Assembly: GCA_038065255.1 (NCBI GenBank)
Contig: JBBTRI010000004.1
Span: 15,080-79,079, forward strand
Direction: 5' to 3'
Source: Patescibacteria group bacterium
Lineage (GTDB): Bacteria; Patescibacteriota; Patescibacteriia; JACQRZ01
DNA length: 64,000 nucleotides
The notes below the pieces were generated by a model that saw only the letters and a list, made by a program, of their open reading frames with translations, was not told the origin of the DNA and did no database searches. The position numbers and the translations under genes are program-made. Below are positions 48,311-58,119 of the stretch, in pieces. Each line of letters begins with the position of its first letter. Position 1 is the stretch's first letter.

Positions 48311-50002
48311 ATGAATAGCGAACAACAACAACTAGCTACTGCAATCATACAAGATTGTGTAGCATGCAGCAATTTAACACCTGAAAAACTTGGTGCGATC
48401 AAACGCAAATCTTTGCGACAATCGCCCCAAAAAATGATAGATAACCATTCATTGTTGCAATGGTATCGACATCTTGTGAAAACAGGCGTTGTGCAAAAAG
48501 CAGAGCATGTTGAATCGGCTCTCCAAATTCATCCTATTCGATCACAATCCGGCATTGCTGTCATTACTCTTCTCACCATGCCGGCAGGATGCCCCGGCAG
48601 ATGCTCGTATTGCCCCACCGAAAGCAGAATGCCAAAAAGCTATGTTGCAACCGAACCGGCTGCAGCCCGCGCACTTACCTTGCAATTTGACCCATACATC
48701 CAAACTGAAAATCGCATCACGACTCTGCGGCACAATGCGCACTCTACAGATAAAATCGAACTTATCATCAAGGGAGGGACGTGGTCTGCATATCCGAAGG
48801 ATTACCGCGAATGGTTTATTCAACAGTGCTTTCAGGCCATGAATGAAACGGGGGTCATGCATCGAGATATCGTCAACGCAAATCCATCTTCTCAATTCAA
48901 TAGATTTTGGGGAGATGAAAAAGATACCTGGTCAATGCAAAAACTTACTGCAGAACAACACATCAACGAAACAGCGCTTAATCGCTGCATTGGTCTGACG
49001 ATTGAAACGCGCCCCGATTGGGTGACCGTTGAAGAGATTGTTCATTTGCGCCAACTTGGATGCACGCGTGTTGAGCTTGGACTTCAAACAACCGATGATG
49101 AAATATTAAAAAATATTAAGCGTGGACATACGGCTGAGCAAACGGCACAGGCGACGAAACTTCTCAAAGATGCCGGTTTTAAAGTGGATCATCACCTTAT
49201 GCCGGGCCTTCCGGGAGCAACGCCCGAGAAAGACTTGGCTGTTGCGAAAGAAGTGTTCGCCTCTGATCACTACCAGCCGGACACCATCAAGCTCTATCCC
49301 TGTGTTATTTTGCCATCTACGGAAATCTACACATGGTACAAGGAGGGTCGTTTTATCCCCTACTCTACGGAAATACTTATACGTCTCCTCGCAGAAATAA
49401 AAGCACTTGTTCCTCCCTATATGCGCGTTGCTCGCGTAATCCGAGATTTTCCTTCTCCGGAAATTGCCGGAGGTAACCTCGTAACAAATCTTCGAGAAAC
49501 AATTCAAAAAACCATGAAAGAGCAGGGACTTCAGTGCACGTGCCTTCGCTGCCGTGAAGTAGGGCATGTCCTTTCGAGATCAGATCTCGCAACTCACGAA
49601 TGGAAACCTGTTTTAAAAATACGGTCATACGCGGCATCTGGGGGAATGGAATATTTCTTAAGCTACGAAAGTGACGATGAAAAAATCGTCTATGCTTTTT
49701 TGCGTATGCGATTCCCTTCACCGGATGCGCATATTCTCTATGAAGCTTTGCCCGAAATTGCACATGCTGCACTGATCCGTGAACTTCATACCTATGGATC
49801 GCTTGTACCGATTGATACCGCTAACCTCAATGCATCTCAACACAGGGGCTTGGGTAAAGCACTCCTCGCTGAAGCTGAAAAAATTGCACGCGAACATAGC
49901 TTCAAAAAAATCGCGGTTATCTCCGGTGTTGGTGTACGAGATTATTACAAAAAACAGGGGTACACACTTGAAGGAACGTATATGGTGAAAATTTTAAAAT
50001 AA
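48311..50002 (+). CDS. elp3: Elp3 tRNA U34 carboxymethyltransferase (radical SAM + GNAT)
   Basis: RSQSGIAV, CPGRCSYCP, PKSY...EP, GLTIETRPD, RVELGLQ, RGH, C.C.RCRE, IRELH.YG, QHRGLGK, ISGVGVR.YY. Confidence 0.95.
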   Translation: MNSEQQQLATAIIQDCVACSNLTPEKLGAIKRKSLRQSPQKMIDNHSLLQWYRHLVKTGVVQKAEHVESALQIHPIRSQSGIAVITLLTMPAGCPGRCSYCPTESRMPKSYVATEPAAARALTLQFDPYIQTENRITTLRHNAHSTDKIELIIKGGTWSAYPKDYREWFIQQCFQAMNETGVMHRDIVNANPSSQFNRFWGDEKDTWSMQKLTAEQHINETALNRCIGLTIETRPDWVTVEEIVHLRQLGCTRVELGLQTTDDEILKNIKRGHTAEQTAQATKLLKDAGFKVDHHLMPGLPGATPEKDLAVAKEVFASDHYQPDTIKLYPCVILPSTEIYTWYKEGRFIPYSTEILIRLLAEIKALVPPYMRVARVIRDFPSPEIAGGNLVTNLRETIQKTMKEQGLQCTCLRCREVGHVLSRSDLATHEWKPVLKIRSYAASGGMEYFLSYESDDEKIVYAFLRMRFPSPDAHILYEALPEIAHAALIRELHTYGSLVPIDTANLNASQHRGLGKALLAEAEKIAREHSFKKIAVISGVGVRDYYKKQGYTLEGTYMVKILK

Positions 50003-50046
50003 CGGTAAGAAGAAGTTGATATTAAAAAACGCTCCTTGCGAGAGCG

Positions 50047-51552
50047 TTAGGTGAGAAAAATCGGTTTGAAGAGACTTGCAAGAAGCTCTTTGACTTGTGC
50101 AATCTGTGCCGCACTCAACGTTGTATTACCTTCTTCATCTTTGTCTGGAGGAGCGTCAATAGTATAGATGCGTTCAGGGAGACTCTCCTGCGCCTGCATT
50201 TGTGGAGGGATAGAAGGACGCATGCCAATTGCTTTTTCGACATTATCGGGAAATTTGCCAGGATCGGCAGTTTCATAGAGAAGCGCGAGATGGTGAGTGG
50301 TATTGAATCGGAATCGCTCAAACGCATCCCAGGCAACAGCGCCATGCGGATCGAGAATGAGATTATCTGTTCTATAGGCATTCTTCATCGCCTGATAGCA
50401 CCAGCTGTTCGTTATCCGATAAGCGACAATATCTTTTCCCATTGATTGCAGATCTGGCAACCGAGTAATGATGCCCTTCTCCACCGGCAGGCCGCTTTCT
50501 TCATCCCACCTGTCATACACATGACCGCCATACCAGTCAAACAATCGCGCGAGACCGCTTGGATTGGGTACGATCATCGCTGACGACGGACAATCAACTT
50601 TTGGCTTCACGATATATTTTCCTGTCCGTAAAAATTCTTCAAACGCGCTGTTTTCATTGAGACCGCAGATAATTGCTTCTATCGGCAACCCCGTATCTTT
50701 TGCCATGACTGTTCCCATGAGGTCGCCCATATTCCCCGTAGGAATAACGGAGATCATCGGCTCTCCATTAGCACCCATGCGTGAGTATCCATAGAATGGA
50801 TAGACGGTTTGCGAAAGTTGGCGTCCCAAGCTGATGGAATTTGCAGAAGTGAAGATGTCTTCATCTTTTGAAATATCATAGGCACATTTCTTATCACCCA
50901 TGAGGTATTTCACAAGTTCTTGGCAGATATCGAAGTCTCCATTCACGGCAACTGCAAAAATGTTTTCATGCAACGTCGTCATCTGTCGGCGCTGGCCTTC
51001 ACTGATCGATCCTTGCGGATAGAAGACTACGACGAATGCATTGGACATGCCTTTGAGCGAATCAGCCACGGCACCGCCAGTATCCCCACTCGTAGCAACC
51101 AGGACAATGCGTGTGAGTCCACGTTTGCGCAAGAAATAATTGAGGATGCGTGCATAGAACCGCGCCGCGTAATCTTTGAACGAGCATGTCGGTCCCTTTG
51201 TAAGCCACATGATGTAGAGGCGCTCGCGCACATTTTGTACGGGTGTCGGAATGATAGTCTCATCGTAAGCGTCCCGAAGAAGCGACCCCAGCTCGTCATC
51301 AGATATATGCCACTGCAAATAAGGTTGGAGAACCTCAAAAGCAATTTCTGCATACGTCTGATCCGTCATCTTTTTGATCTTCTTTTTGGACAACTTGGGA
51401 ACATCCTGCCGTCCAAGCATATAGAGTCCATGATTGGACGCCATGCCATTGAGAAGCGCTTCAGGGAAATGCACCCGCTCTGCGTAGTTGTTGGTGCTAT
51501 AGTATTCAATTGGTTTTGCCTTGCTATTTGTCTTCAAACCTGAAAAGGACAT
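50047..51552 (-). CDS. thrC: Threonine synthase
   Basis: GPTCSFKD (PLP Lys), ATSGDTG, Q..QMTT, GDFD.CQ, SANSIS.GR, PTGNMGD, DPHGA, TADPGKF. Confidence 0.9.
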   Translation of the reverse strand: MSFSGLKTNSKAKPIEYYSTNNYAERVHFPEALLNGMASNHGLYMLGRQDVPKLSKKKIKKMTDQTYAEIAFEVLQPYLQWHISDDELGSLLRDAYDETIIPTPVQNVRERLYIMWLTKGPTCSFKDYAARFYARILNYFLRKRGLTRIVLVATSGDTGGAVADSLKGMSNAFVVVFYPQGSISEGQRRQMTTLHENIFAVAVNGDFDICQELVKYLMGDKKCAYDISKDEDIFTSANSISLGRQLSQTVYPFYGYSRMGANGEPMISVIPTGNMGDLMGTVMAKDTGLPIEAIICGLNENSAFEEFLRTGKYIVKPKVDCPSSAMIVPNPSGLARLFDWYGGHVYDRWDEESGLPVEKGIITRLPDLQSMGKDIVAYRITNSWCYQAMKNAYRTDNLILDPHGAVAWDAFERFRFNTTHHLALLYETADPGKFPDNVEKAIGMRPSIPPQMQAQESLPERIYTIDAPPDKDEEGNTTLSAAQIAQVKELLASLFKPIFLT

Positions 51553-51663
51553 GGCACTATCTCATCAAAGAATACCGCGCCAGTCAAGCAAGTAAAAATG
51601 TCAGAAAAGTTTCTGACACTGAGGGGCTTGATTTTTCTAAAAAAATCTATAAACTATGCCTAT

Positions 51664-51770
51664 GGGGAAGGGTCTTATGGAGAGACGACTCTGCGGAATA
51701 ATCTTTCCGCTGGCGCCATGCTGCACACCGTTTTTTCTTGGTTTGCCGTGCCGCCACCCCTTTATTTTTT
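51664..51770 (+). ncRNA. Candidate ~100-nt structured small RNA (unassigned)
   Basis: GGGG/CCCC closing stem around three hairpins, followed by a T-run; upstream TTGATT-16-TAAACT. Confidence 0.35.
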
Positions 51771-52649
51771 TTACCAACTGCTACTCGACCCTCCTCCTCC
51801 CGATGAACCGCCACCAAATCCGCCGAAGCCACCGCCGCCGCCCCATCGATCCCAGCCTCCCCAGGTGCCTCCCGCCCACCACGCAGGATGGTTCCCATGA
51901 TGACTTTGGAAATTTTTTGAAACTGCATAATCAAACAATAGGCCAAAAACAACTACAGCCGGCAACCATAACCATGCGCTCGTAAGTAATGCCGTGATTC
52001 CTCCCGCTACACCTCCGATTACGCCTCCAAGCCACCACGATTTGGTGCGTCCCAAAATACTCGCGATCCACGATAGAAAAAAAATAAGGATAAAGAGTAC
52101 CTCTCCGCCGTATCTCTGAATAATGCCAAACCATGATGAAGTTTTTCGCGATGATGGCGACGGCAAAACCTCTCCCTCTATCGCCTGCATGATGCCCTCC
52201 GCTCCTTTTTGAATCCCTTCTTCATAATTGCCTTGTCGAAACAGTGGACGGACGATATCATCTTGAATATGCTTTGATTCAAGATCTGTCAGAGCGCCTT
52301 CAAGTCCATAACCAACCTCTATACGCATTTTTCTGTCATCGGCAGCAATCAAAAATAAAACACCGTTATTATATTCTTTCTTTCCTATTCCCCATTCGCG
52401 AAAAAGCGTATTCGCATAGTCTTCAATTGCATCACTGCCAAGTGACTGAATAGTAACAACCGCTATTTCATGATTTTTTTCTTTAGCAAAAGTTACGAGC
52501 TGTTGCTCAAGATTCTGTTGAGCTTGCGATGAAAGAAGGTTTGCAAAATCAGATACACTACCCTGCGGTGTACCGGGTGACGTGTATGCATGGGCTAGCG
52601 GCGCAAGAAAACTCCATGCTACTGCAAGTATAATGGCACAGTATCTCAT
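51771..52649 (-). CDS. TPM-domain (YgcG/DUF477) membrane protein
   Basis: VSDFANLL, IAVVTI.SL, WGIGK...NNGVLFL, RIEVGYGLEG.LTD, Gly-rich tail GGGSSGGGGSSSSW. Confidence 0.92.
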   Translation of the reverse strand: MRYCAIILAVAWSFLAPLAHAYTSPGTPQGSVSDFANLLSSQAQQNLEQQLVTFAKEKNHEIAVVTIQSLGSDAIEDYANTLFREWGIGKKEYNNGVLFLIAADDRKMRIEVGYGLEGALTDLESKHIQDDIVRPLFRQGNYEEGIQKGAEGIMQAIEGEVLPSPSSRKTSSWFGIIQRYGGEVLFILIFFLSWIASILGRTKSWWLGGVIGGVAGGITALLTSAWLWLPAVVVFGLLFDYAVSKNFQSHHGNHPAWWAGGTWGGWDRWGGGGGFGGFGGGSSGGGGSSSSW

Positions 52650-52650
52650 T

Positions 52651-55600
52651 CTATTTTATATTATCCTGCATCCTTAATATATTTTCGACATCTGCCGCCA
52701 GTTGGCTCAATTTCTGGCCATTCTGTGCAGGCGCCATAGACGACTTTTGCACATTGCTTTCTGCAGGCACGCAATCGGGTTGGCTATAGGAAGGAACATT
52801 GGGATTGCAGATTGTCTTTTGCGTCGGAGCAACTGATTCAGCCGGTCGCTGGACGCATCCCTCCTGCCACACCTTCGGCAGATCCGGATTGCAATACTTC
52901 ACCTCTTGTTTTGGCTGGATAGGAATAATACTTGGTGCGCTTGGCACTACTTCATATCGATCCTTTGGCGTTTCTGAAATAGGATATAATTGCCGGCACT
53001 GGTTGTACATGTATGTTCCTTTTTCCATGGAGGCACAGGGATCGGAAAATACGGTGCCGTTTGTATCTTCGACCTGCTTTTTTGTATCAGGCGGCTGAAT
53101 GAAAATTATATCTTTATCCCCTTTTGCATCATCTCCAACCCGAGAAATGCAATCCTTTTGCCATACCTTCGGCAATTCCGGATCACAATATGATATAATC
53201 AACGATTCTTGTTTTTTACCACTTGAATCATCCGAAGGCGGTGCTGTTTTTTCAGTATCCTGTTTAATACCATATGCCTCTTGGCATTGGCGAAGCATAT
53301 ATCCTTCAAGACCTGAGCATTGAGTTGAAGTTTTTGGAACTTCTTGTTTCTTTCCTTCATCGGGAGGTTGTAAATTATTGGCTTTTTGGCACTGGCGCAG
53401 CATATACCCTTCCAGTCCGCTGCAAGGATTCTGCAATACGCCCTCATCTTTTTTCTGATCATCTTCTTTTTTTTCCTCACCAAGCCCATATGCATTGCGG
53501 CATGTCCGCAAAAGGTATCCCTCAAGCCCCTTGCAGGGATTCAGGAGCGCATCTTCTTTGGGTGGTATGTTCTTTTTCGGCGGGAGAGAACCATTTCCCT
53601 TCTTTGCTATAATATAGACTGTCATAGCAAAATGATTGTCCTGTGTGAGTCGAAGCGTATAGATTCCCGCCGGGATATCAGAGGGTGTGTTAAAATCAAT
53701 AATTGCATTGCCTTCACTGTCTTTTTCGTTCAGATCCACATATGGGCGCTTGAGTATGATAGGATTTTCTTTTCCAAGAAGTTCTTTATTCTCTAGCGTC
53801 AACACGGCCTGCACCCCTCCTTGGAATCCTCTCCATATAAGCGTATCGGTACTTTTCAGTGAAATAAAATATTTTGAAATTACTTTAATATTTGCTGCTA
53901 CAGTCCTGTTTTTTCTATCTGTAATAACCATCCGTATATACTCCACATCAGAATCAATATCCTCTCGTGCACCCCATCCGCTTCCAAACCCAAGTTGCTT
54001 TACTTCGCCACGGTAATCAGTTACCGGCGAAGGCATAGACGTAAAAAAGTTTCCTGATTTTTTCTTATCAATGAGTCTCCCGCCTGTTTTAATCCCTTCA
54101 AATTGAATAGTTAGTTTATCGCGACATGTAAATCCTTGCGCATCAAAAGAAATCGTATACGGACCGGTTTGGTCAATAATCGGAGGGGAAGTAAATGCGA
54201 TAGACGGACTCAAGGAAAGATCGCACAATAACGGAATGGATGTTTTTTCAGATGTGAAAAACTCCTTACCTTGCACATCTGTTGCCGTGACGCCAACTGA
54301 AATTTTTCCGGTTGCAGATGGAGTCCATAAAAAATCGTCAATTGTTTTATCCTTATCATCAATGACATATTTGATAAGCGCATCGGCGCGGGCGGGTGTT
54401 GTCACTTTCAAGGAAAAAGTTCCATCTTTTTTCACGGTAAGGGATTGTGGAAGAGAGATGGGATCAGTATCTGCGCTAAAACGTACGCTGGTAATTTTTG
54501 ACCCGCTTGGAAAATGCATCCCTTTTATTTCAAATTGTACTTTCTGCTTGAGTTGTGCAGGCACTATGATCTTTGGTTTCAATGGTTTGATCTGTTCAAT
54601 CACAATAGCTCCCTCAAGATCATAATACTGAGGTGATGATTTCGCTTCGTTATTTTCAAGCCGGATTGTATAGTTGCCATCAGGAAGCGGCTTGCCATCC
54701 ACAAGATATGGTATTGTCAAAGGAAGAACGTAGTATTGGGCTCCTGAATTTGAACGTTTCAATGGTATGCCATTTTCATAAGCGCCAATGTTACCAAGCA
54801 AGAGATATGCTTTTTCTTTGAACGCACCGCCACTCCCAATCCCGATAGATACCCGCACCTGGTGAGCTGATGGAAATTTTGCTCCCTTCGTCCATATGAC
54901 TCCTTGACTAAAATGCGCACCGCCAAAAAATGCGTTTTCATATTTTCGCGGGACATGCGGACTGAGATACTCTTGCTGTTGAAGAAAATCAGCATCAAGC
55001 CACCCTGATATCTGGATTGGATCTTCCTGAACCGGTATGACTGGCTGTACCGGTGGCGAAGGTTGTGGTGAAGGCGTTCGCACCGGAGCAACGACCTTGA
55101 TAGTAGGTCCTACTTTTTCCCAATCCGTAGGACTCATACGCACGCCGGCAATAACGCTCCGCAAAACGACTTCATAATTCCCCGGTTCACCATTAATGCC
55201 ACCTGTCGTACTTGCCCCGTGATCAAGCCGTGATTGTAAATATGCATAATTTTTATATACTCCATTCTTGCGCAAATAGAGAAAGAGTGACTGATAATTT
55301 TGCGTCGGAAGAGGCCATGTCCGAAACCAAAATGTGGAACCCCTCTGACATGATGCCAGAGACGCTCCTCCGGTCTCGCCTTTCTCGCACAATAATTCGA
55401 GTTCCTTTCCTTGAGCAGTCGGAAGCACTTTCAGTGTTGCGCTCGCAATATCAACAATACATGGCACTCCTTTGCTATAGTTGCACGAACGCTGTGTTAC
55501 TTTAAATGAAAGTTCATATGTGCCTGCCGGCGTTTCGCGCGGCACCACAATATTACCCTTAAACTCACCATTTTGTGTCATGTAGGAAGCCGTAGCTGGA

Positions 55601-55914
55601 GGCAATGGATAAATGCGCGGAATAGGAATGCGCCTGTCGCCAGAAACCAGTACCGCTGATTGATCAATATTCACTGGCGATTGCTTGGTTGATACTGTGA
55701 ATCCATAACCATGCACTATGACAATATCTCCGGGATATGCAATTGCAAACTGCGTGTTATTGCATGGCGGATATATATTCTTAATTGTTTTCTCTATGAC
55801 AGAACCATCGCATTTAAGCTCAAGTGTGCCGCCGGCAGATGCTGTTGTCGCGAAAAGAAAGCTACCTGCAAAAACCCCAGCGACTACTGCAAGTGCGCTG
55901 AAAAAATAACGCAT
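52651..55914 (-). CDS. Large secreted protein with beta-sandwich-like domains and C-terminal Cys-pair repeats
   Basis: Signal peptide (ASA|G); recurring P...PAG.Y.L motifs; repeats CxGLEGYxLRxC and YCxPxLPKVWQxxC. Confidence 0.75.
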   Translation of the reverse strand: MRYFFSALAVVAGVFAGSFLFATTASAGGTLELKCDGSVIEKTIKNIYPPCNNTQFAIAYPGDIVIVHGYGFTVSTKQSPVNIDQSAVLVSGDRRIPIPRIYPLPPATASYMTQNGEFKGNIVVPRETPAGTYELSFKVTQRSCNYSKGVPCIVDIASATLKVLPTAQGKELELLCEKGETGGASLASCQRGSTFWFRTWPLPTQNYQSLFLYLRKNGVYKNYAYLQSRLDHGASTTGGINGEPGNYEVVLRSVIAGVRMSPTDWEKVGPTIKVVAPVRTPSPQPSPPVQPVIPVQEDPIQISGWLDADFLQQQEYLSPHVPRKYENAFFGGAHFSQGVIWTKGAKFPSAHQVRVSIGIGSGGAFKEKAYLLLGNIGAYENGIPLKRSNSGAQYYVLPLTIPYLVDGKPLPDGNYTIRLENNEAKSSPQYYDLEGAIVIEQIKPLKPKIIVPAQLKQKVQFEIKGMHFPSGSKITSVRFSADTDPISLPQSLTVKKDGTFSLKVTTPARADALIKYVIDDKDKTIDDFLWTPSATGKISVGVTATDVQGKEFFTSEKTSIPLLCDLSLSPSIAFTSPPIIDQTGPYTISFDAQGFTCRDKLTIQFEGIKTGGRLIDKKKSGNFFTSMPSPVTDYRGEVKQLGFGSGWGAREDIDSDVEYIRMVITDRKNRTVAANIKVISKYFISLKSTDTLIWRGFQGGVQAVLTLENKELLGKENPIILKRPYVDLNEKDSEGNAIIDFNTPSDIPAGIYTLRLTQDNHFAMTVYIIAKKGNGSLPPKKNIPPKEDALLNPCKGLEGYLLRTCRNAYGLGEEKKEDDQKKDEGVLQNPCSGLEGYMLRQCQKANNLQPPDEGKKQEVPKTSTQCSGLEGYMLRQCQEAYGIKQDTEKTAPPSDDSSGKKQESLIISYCDPELPKVWQKDCISRVGDDAKGDKDIIFIQPPDTKKQVEDTNGTVFSDPCASMEKGTYMYNQCRQLYPISETPKDRYEVVPSAPSIIPIQPKQEVKYCNPDLPKVWQEGCVQRPAESVAPTQKTICNPNVPSYSQPDCVPAESNVQKSSMAPAQNGQKLSQLAADVENILRMQDNIK

Positions 55915-55938
55915 AGGGATGGGGTGATGAGTAAATAC

Positions 55939-56517
55939 TTACTGCACTGTAAAATCAACCTTTGGAGCATTCTCTGCGCCTTCAGCGGCTTTGAATGATT
56001 CACCAAGTTCAAATTTGAAAAGAGATGCTACGATATTCGACGGAAAGCTTCGTACAGTAAGATTATATATTCGCACTGCTTCGTTAAAATCTCGGCGAGC
56101 AACTGCTACACGATTTTCCGTTCCTTCTAACTGTGTCATGAGGTCGCGATAGGCTTCTGTAGCTTTCAGTTGCGGATAAGCTTCCACCGTTACCAGTAAA
56201 CGTGAAAGTGCGGAGTCGAATCCTCCGGCAGCTTTTACTTGATCATTAACACTTCCGCTCTGCGCCTTTGCCCATGCGCTGCGAGCTTCCACTACGGCAG
56301 TAATAGTGCTTTGTTCAAATTCAGAAGCACCCTTGACGGTATTCACAAGGTTTGGCACAAGGTCAACGCGGCGTTGGTACTGGGTTTGCACATCGGCCCA
56401 TTTGTTCTTCATGCCTTCTTGTCCGGATACAAGGCCATTAAACCCGCCCCAGAACCAGAGCACTACAAGAAGTACTGCGGCGACAACGCCTGCAATCCAC
56501 ATCTGTTTTTTGTTCAT
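55939..56517 (-). CDS. lemA: LemA family protein
   Basis: WADVQTQYQRRVDLVPNLV, VEAYPQLKA, LEGTENRVAVARR.FN.AV. Confidence 0.95.
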   Translation of the reverse strand: MNKKQMWIAGVVAAVLLVVLWFWGGFNGLVSGQEGMKNKWADVQTQYQRRVDLVPNLVNTVKGASEFEQSTITAVVEARSAWAKAQSGSVNDQVKAAGGFDSALSRLLVTVEAYPQLKATEAYRDLMTQLEGTENRVAVARRDFNEAVRIYNLTVRSFPSNIVASLFKFELGESFKAAEGAENAPKVDFTVQ

Positions 56518-56526
56518 AGAATGATA

Positions 56527-56757
56527 TTAAGATTCATCTTCGTTATGAGTAGTAAGAGAAAATTTCTTTTTGATATCAATGACTTTATTTTCCACTTCTT
56601 TCAAACGCGACTTGCAAAGGGTTGCGAGCTCCAAGCCTCGTTCAAAAAGCTCTAAGCTTTTATCCAAATCAATGCCGCCTTTTTCAAACTGTGCAACAAT
56701 TGCCTCAAGCTCGTCAAAAAGCTGCTGCAATGTCTGTGATGATTGTTTTTTTATCAT
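56527..56757 (-). CDS. xseB: Exonuclease VII small subunit
   Basis: ELEAIV..FE.G.IDLDKSLELFERG..L...C..RL...E.KV. Confidence 0.93.
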   Translation of the reverse strand: MIKKQSSQTLQQLFDELEAIVAQFEKGGIDLDKSLELFERGLELATLCKSRLKEVENKVIDIKKKFSLTTHNEDES

Positions 56758-56768
56758 AGCTATTGTTA

Positions 56769-58043
56769 TTAAAACAGTTCTTGTTGCTCTGAAAGAATCT
56801 TAGCTTGAGCATCGCCATCACTAAATGAAATGTCGATCTGATCACCGGGTTTTACATCCTTGATTGATGATATCGCAATGCCCTTTCTTTTTATAATGCT
56901 ATACCCTCGCTTAAGAACCGTCAACGGATTAACGGCATTCAGTTGGCGTTCTAGAAACACTTTTCGATCACATAGTGAACGGTAGTGATAATCAATCGCA
57001 GCACTGATTCGCTGCACACTTTCGGTAACTTTTGCACGGGCATTCAATAATGTCTGATGATACACAGATGCGTGTCCATAAAATCCTTGCAAAACGCGTT
57101 GCATATGAGTGATTCGTCCAACGAGAACATGCTCCATACTTCGGATAGATTGCTCATAGCGGCTGCGCTGCCACTCAAGCGTATGTTCCAATGAACGGCT
57201 CAGAAGCGCGGCATCCGCTGACACGGTAGCAAGTAACTCGCTACGATCCGGCACAACCAGCGATGCTGCATGTGTCGGGGTAGCCGCACGCACATCTGCA
57301 GCGTAATCCGCCAACGTTTCATCACGCTCATGCCCCACGCCACACACAATAGGAATGGTTGATCCAAATACTGCCCGCGCAATGCTTTCGGAATTAAACG
57401 CTTGCAAATCCTCAAGACTTCCTCCTCCGCGAATAAGCACAATTACATCAATTCCCTCTTTGACTCCATGTGCATTGAACCAGTCAAAGCTTTGTACGAT
57501 ATCCGTGATTGCTTCGGCGCCCTGCACATGGACATGGGAAAGATAGATTTCAAGTCCGCCGAATCGATTGTGTACAATGCGCATGAAATCCGTGTACGCA
57601 GCGGATTCGCGCGATGCAATGAGACCTATTTTTTTGGGAAAACGCGGCAAGGCTCGCTTGCGTGCGGCATCAAAAATACCCTCCTGCTGCAGCTTTGCTT
57701 TTGTGAGTTCAAATGCGCGCTTGAGAGCTCCTTCTCCTTTTGCTTCCACTCGGTCAACAAAAATACTAAACTTTCCCGTCTTGCCATACACACGGGGAGC
57801 GCCAAAAACAGACACCTGCATGCCGTCCTCAAGTCGTGGAACTTGGTATGCCAACCCGAAGCATTCAACGACACTCTGCTCGTCTTTCAATGTGAAAAAA
57901 ACCCACTTCCCCTGGTTGATTTTATACGAAGCAACTTCGCCTTCGACAGTCACCTTCCTCCTGCCAACGATGCTGTTAATGTATTCAACAAATTGAGTGA
58001 CGGAAAGAGATACTGCATCCTGCTCTTTAATATCATCGTTCAT
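56769..58043 (-). CDS. xseA: Exonuclease VII large subunit
   Basis: VEGEV, FFTLKD, RGGGSLEDL.AFN, GVGHERD, RAATPT, LKRGYS. Confidence 0.96.
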   Translation of the reverse strand: MNDDIKEQDAVSLSVTQFVEYINSIVGRRKVTVEGEVASYKINQGKWVFFTLKDEQSVVECFGLAYQVPRLEDGMQVSVFGAPRVYGKTGKFSIFVDRVEAKGEGALKRAFELTKAKLQQEGIFDAARKRALPRFPKKIGLIASRESAAYTDFMRIVHNRFGGLEIYLSHVHVQGAEAITDIVQSFDWFNAHGVKEGIDVIVLIRGGGSLEDLQAFNSESIARAVFGSTIPIVCGVGHERDETLADYAADVRAATPTHAASLVVPDRSELLATVSADAALLSRSLEHTLEWQRSRYEQSIRSMEHVLVGRITHMQRVLQGFYGHASVYHQTLLNARAKVTESVQRISAAIDYHYRSLCDRKVFLERQLNAVNPLTVLKRGYSIIKRKGIAISSIKDVKPGDQIDISFSDGDAQAKILSEQQELF

Positions 58044-58119
58044 AGTCTTATAGTATCATCTCGAATACGCGCAAAAGAGTCAATCAAAATTAAAAAAATG
58101 AAAATTAAAAAAACCTCCA

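Noticed and set aside
51664-51760. tRNA or tmRNA
   Set aside because: No T-loop TTC motif, 7-bp acceptor stem or CCA end; kept only as an unassigned sRNA candidate.
51598-51985. Short Pro-rich ORFs and GGC/CCG repeats as separate genes or a tandem repeat
   Set aside because: They are shadows of the Gly-rich TPM C-terminus.
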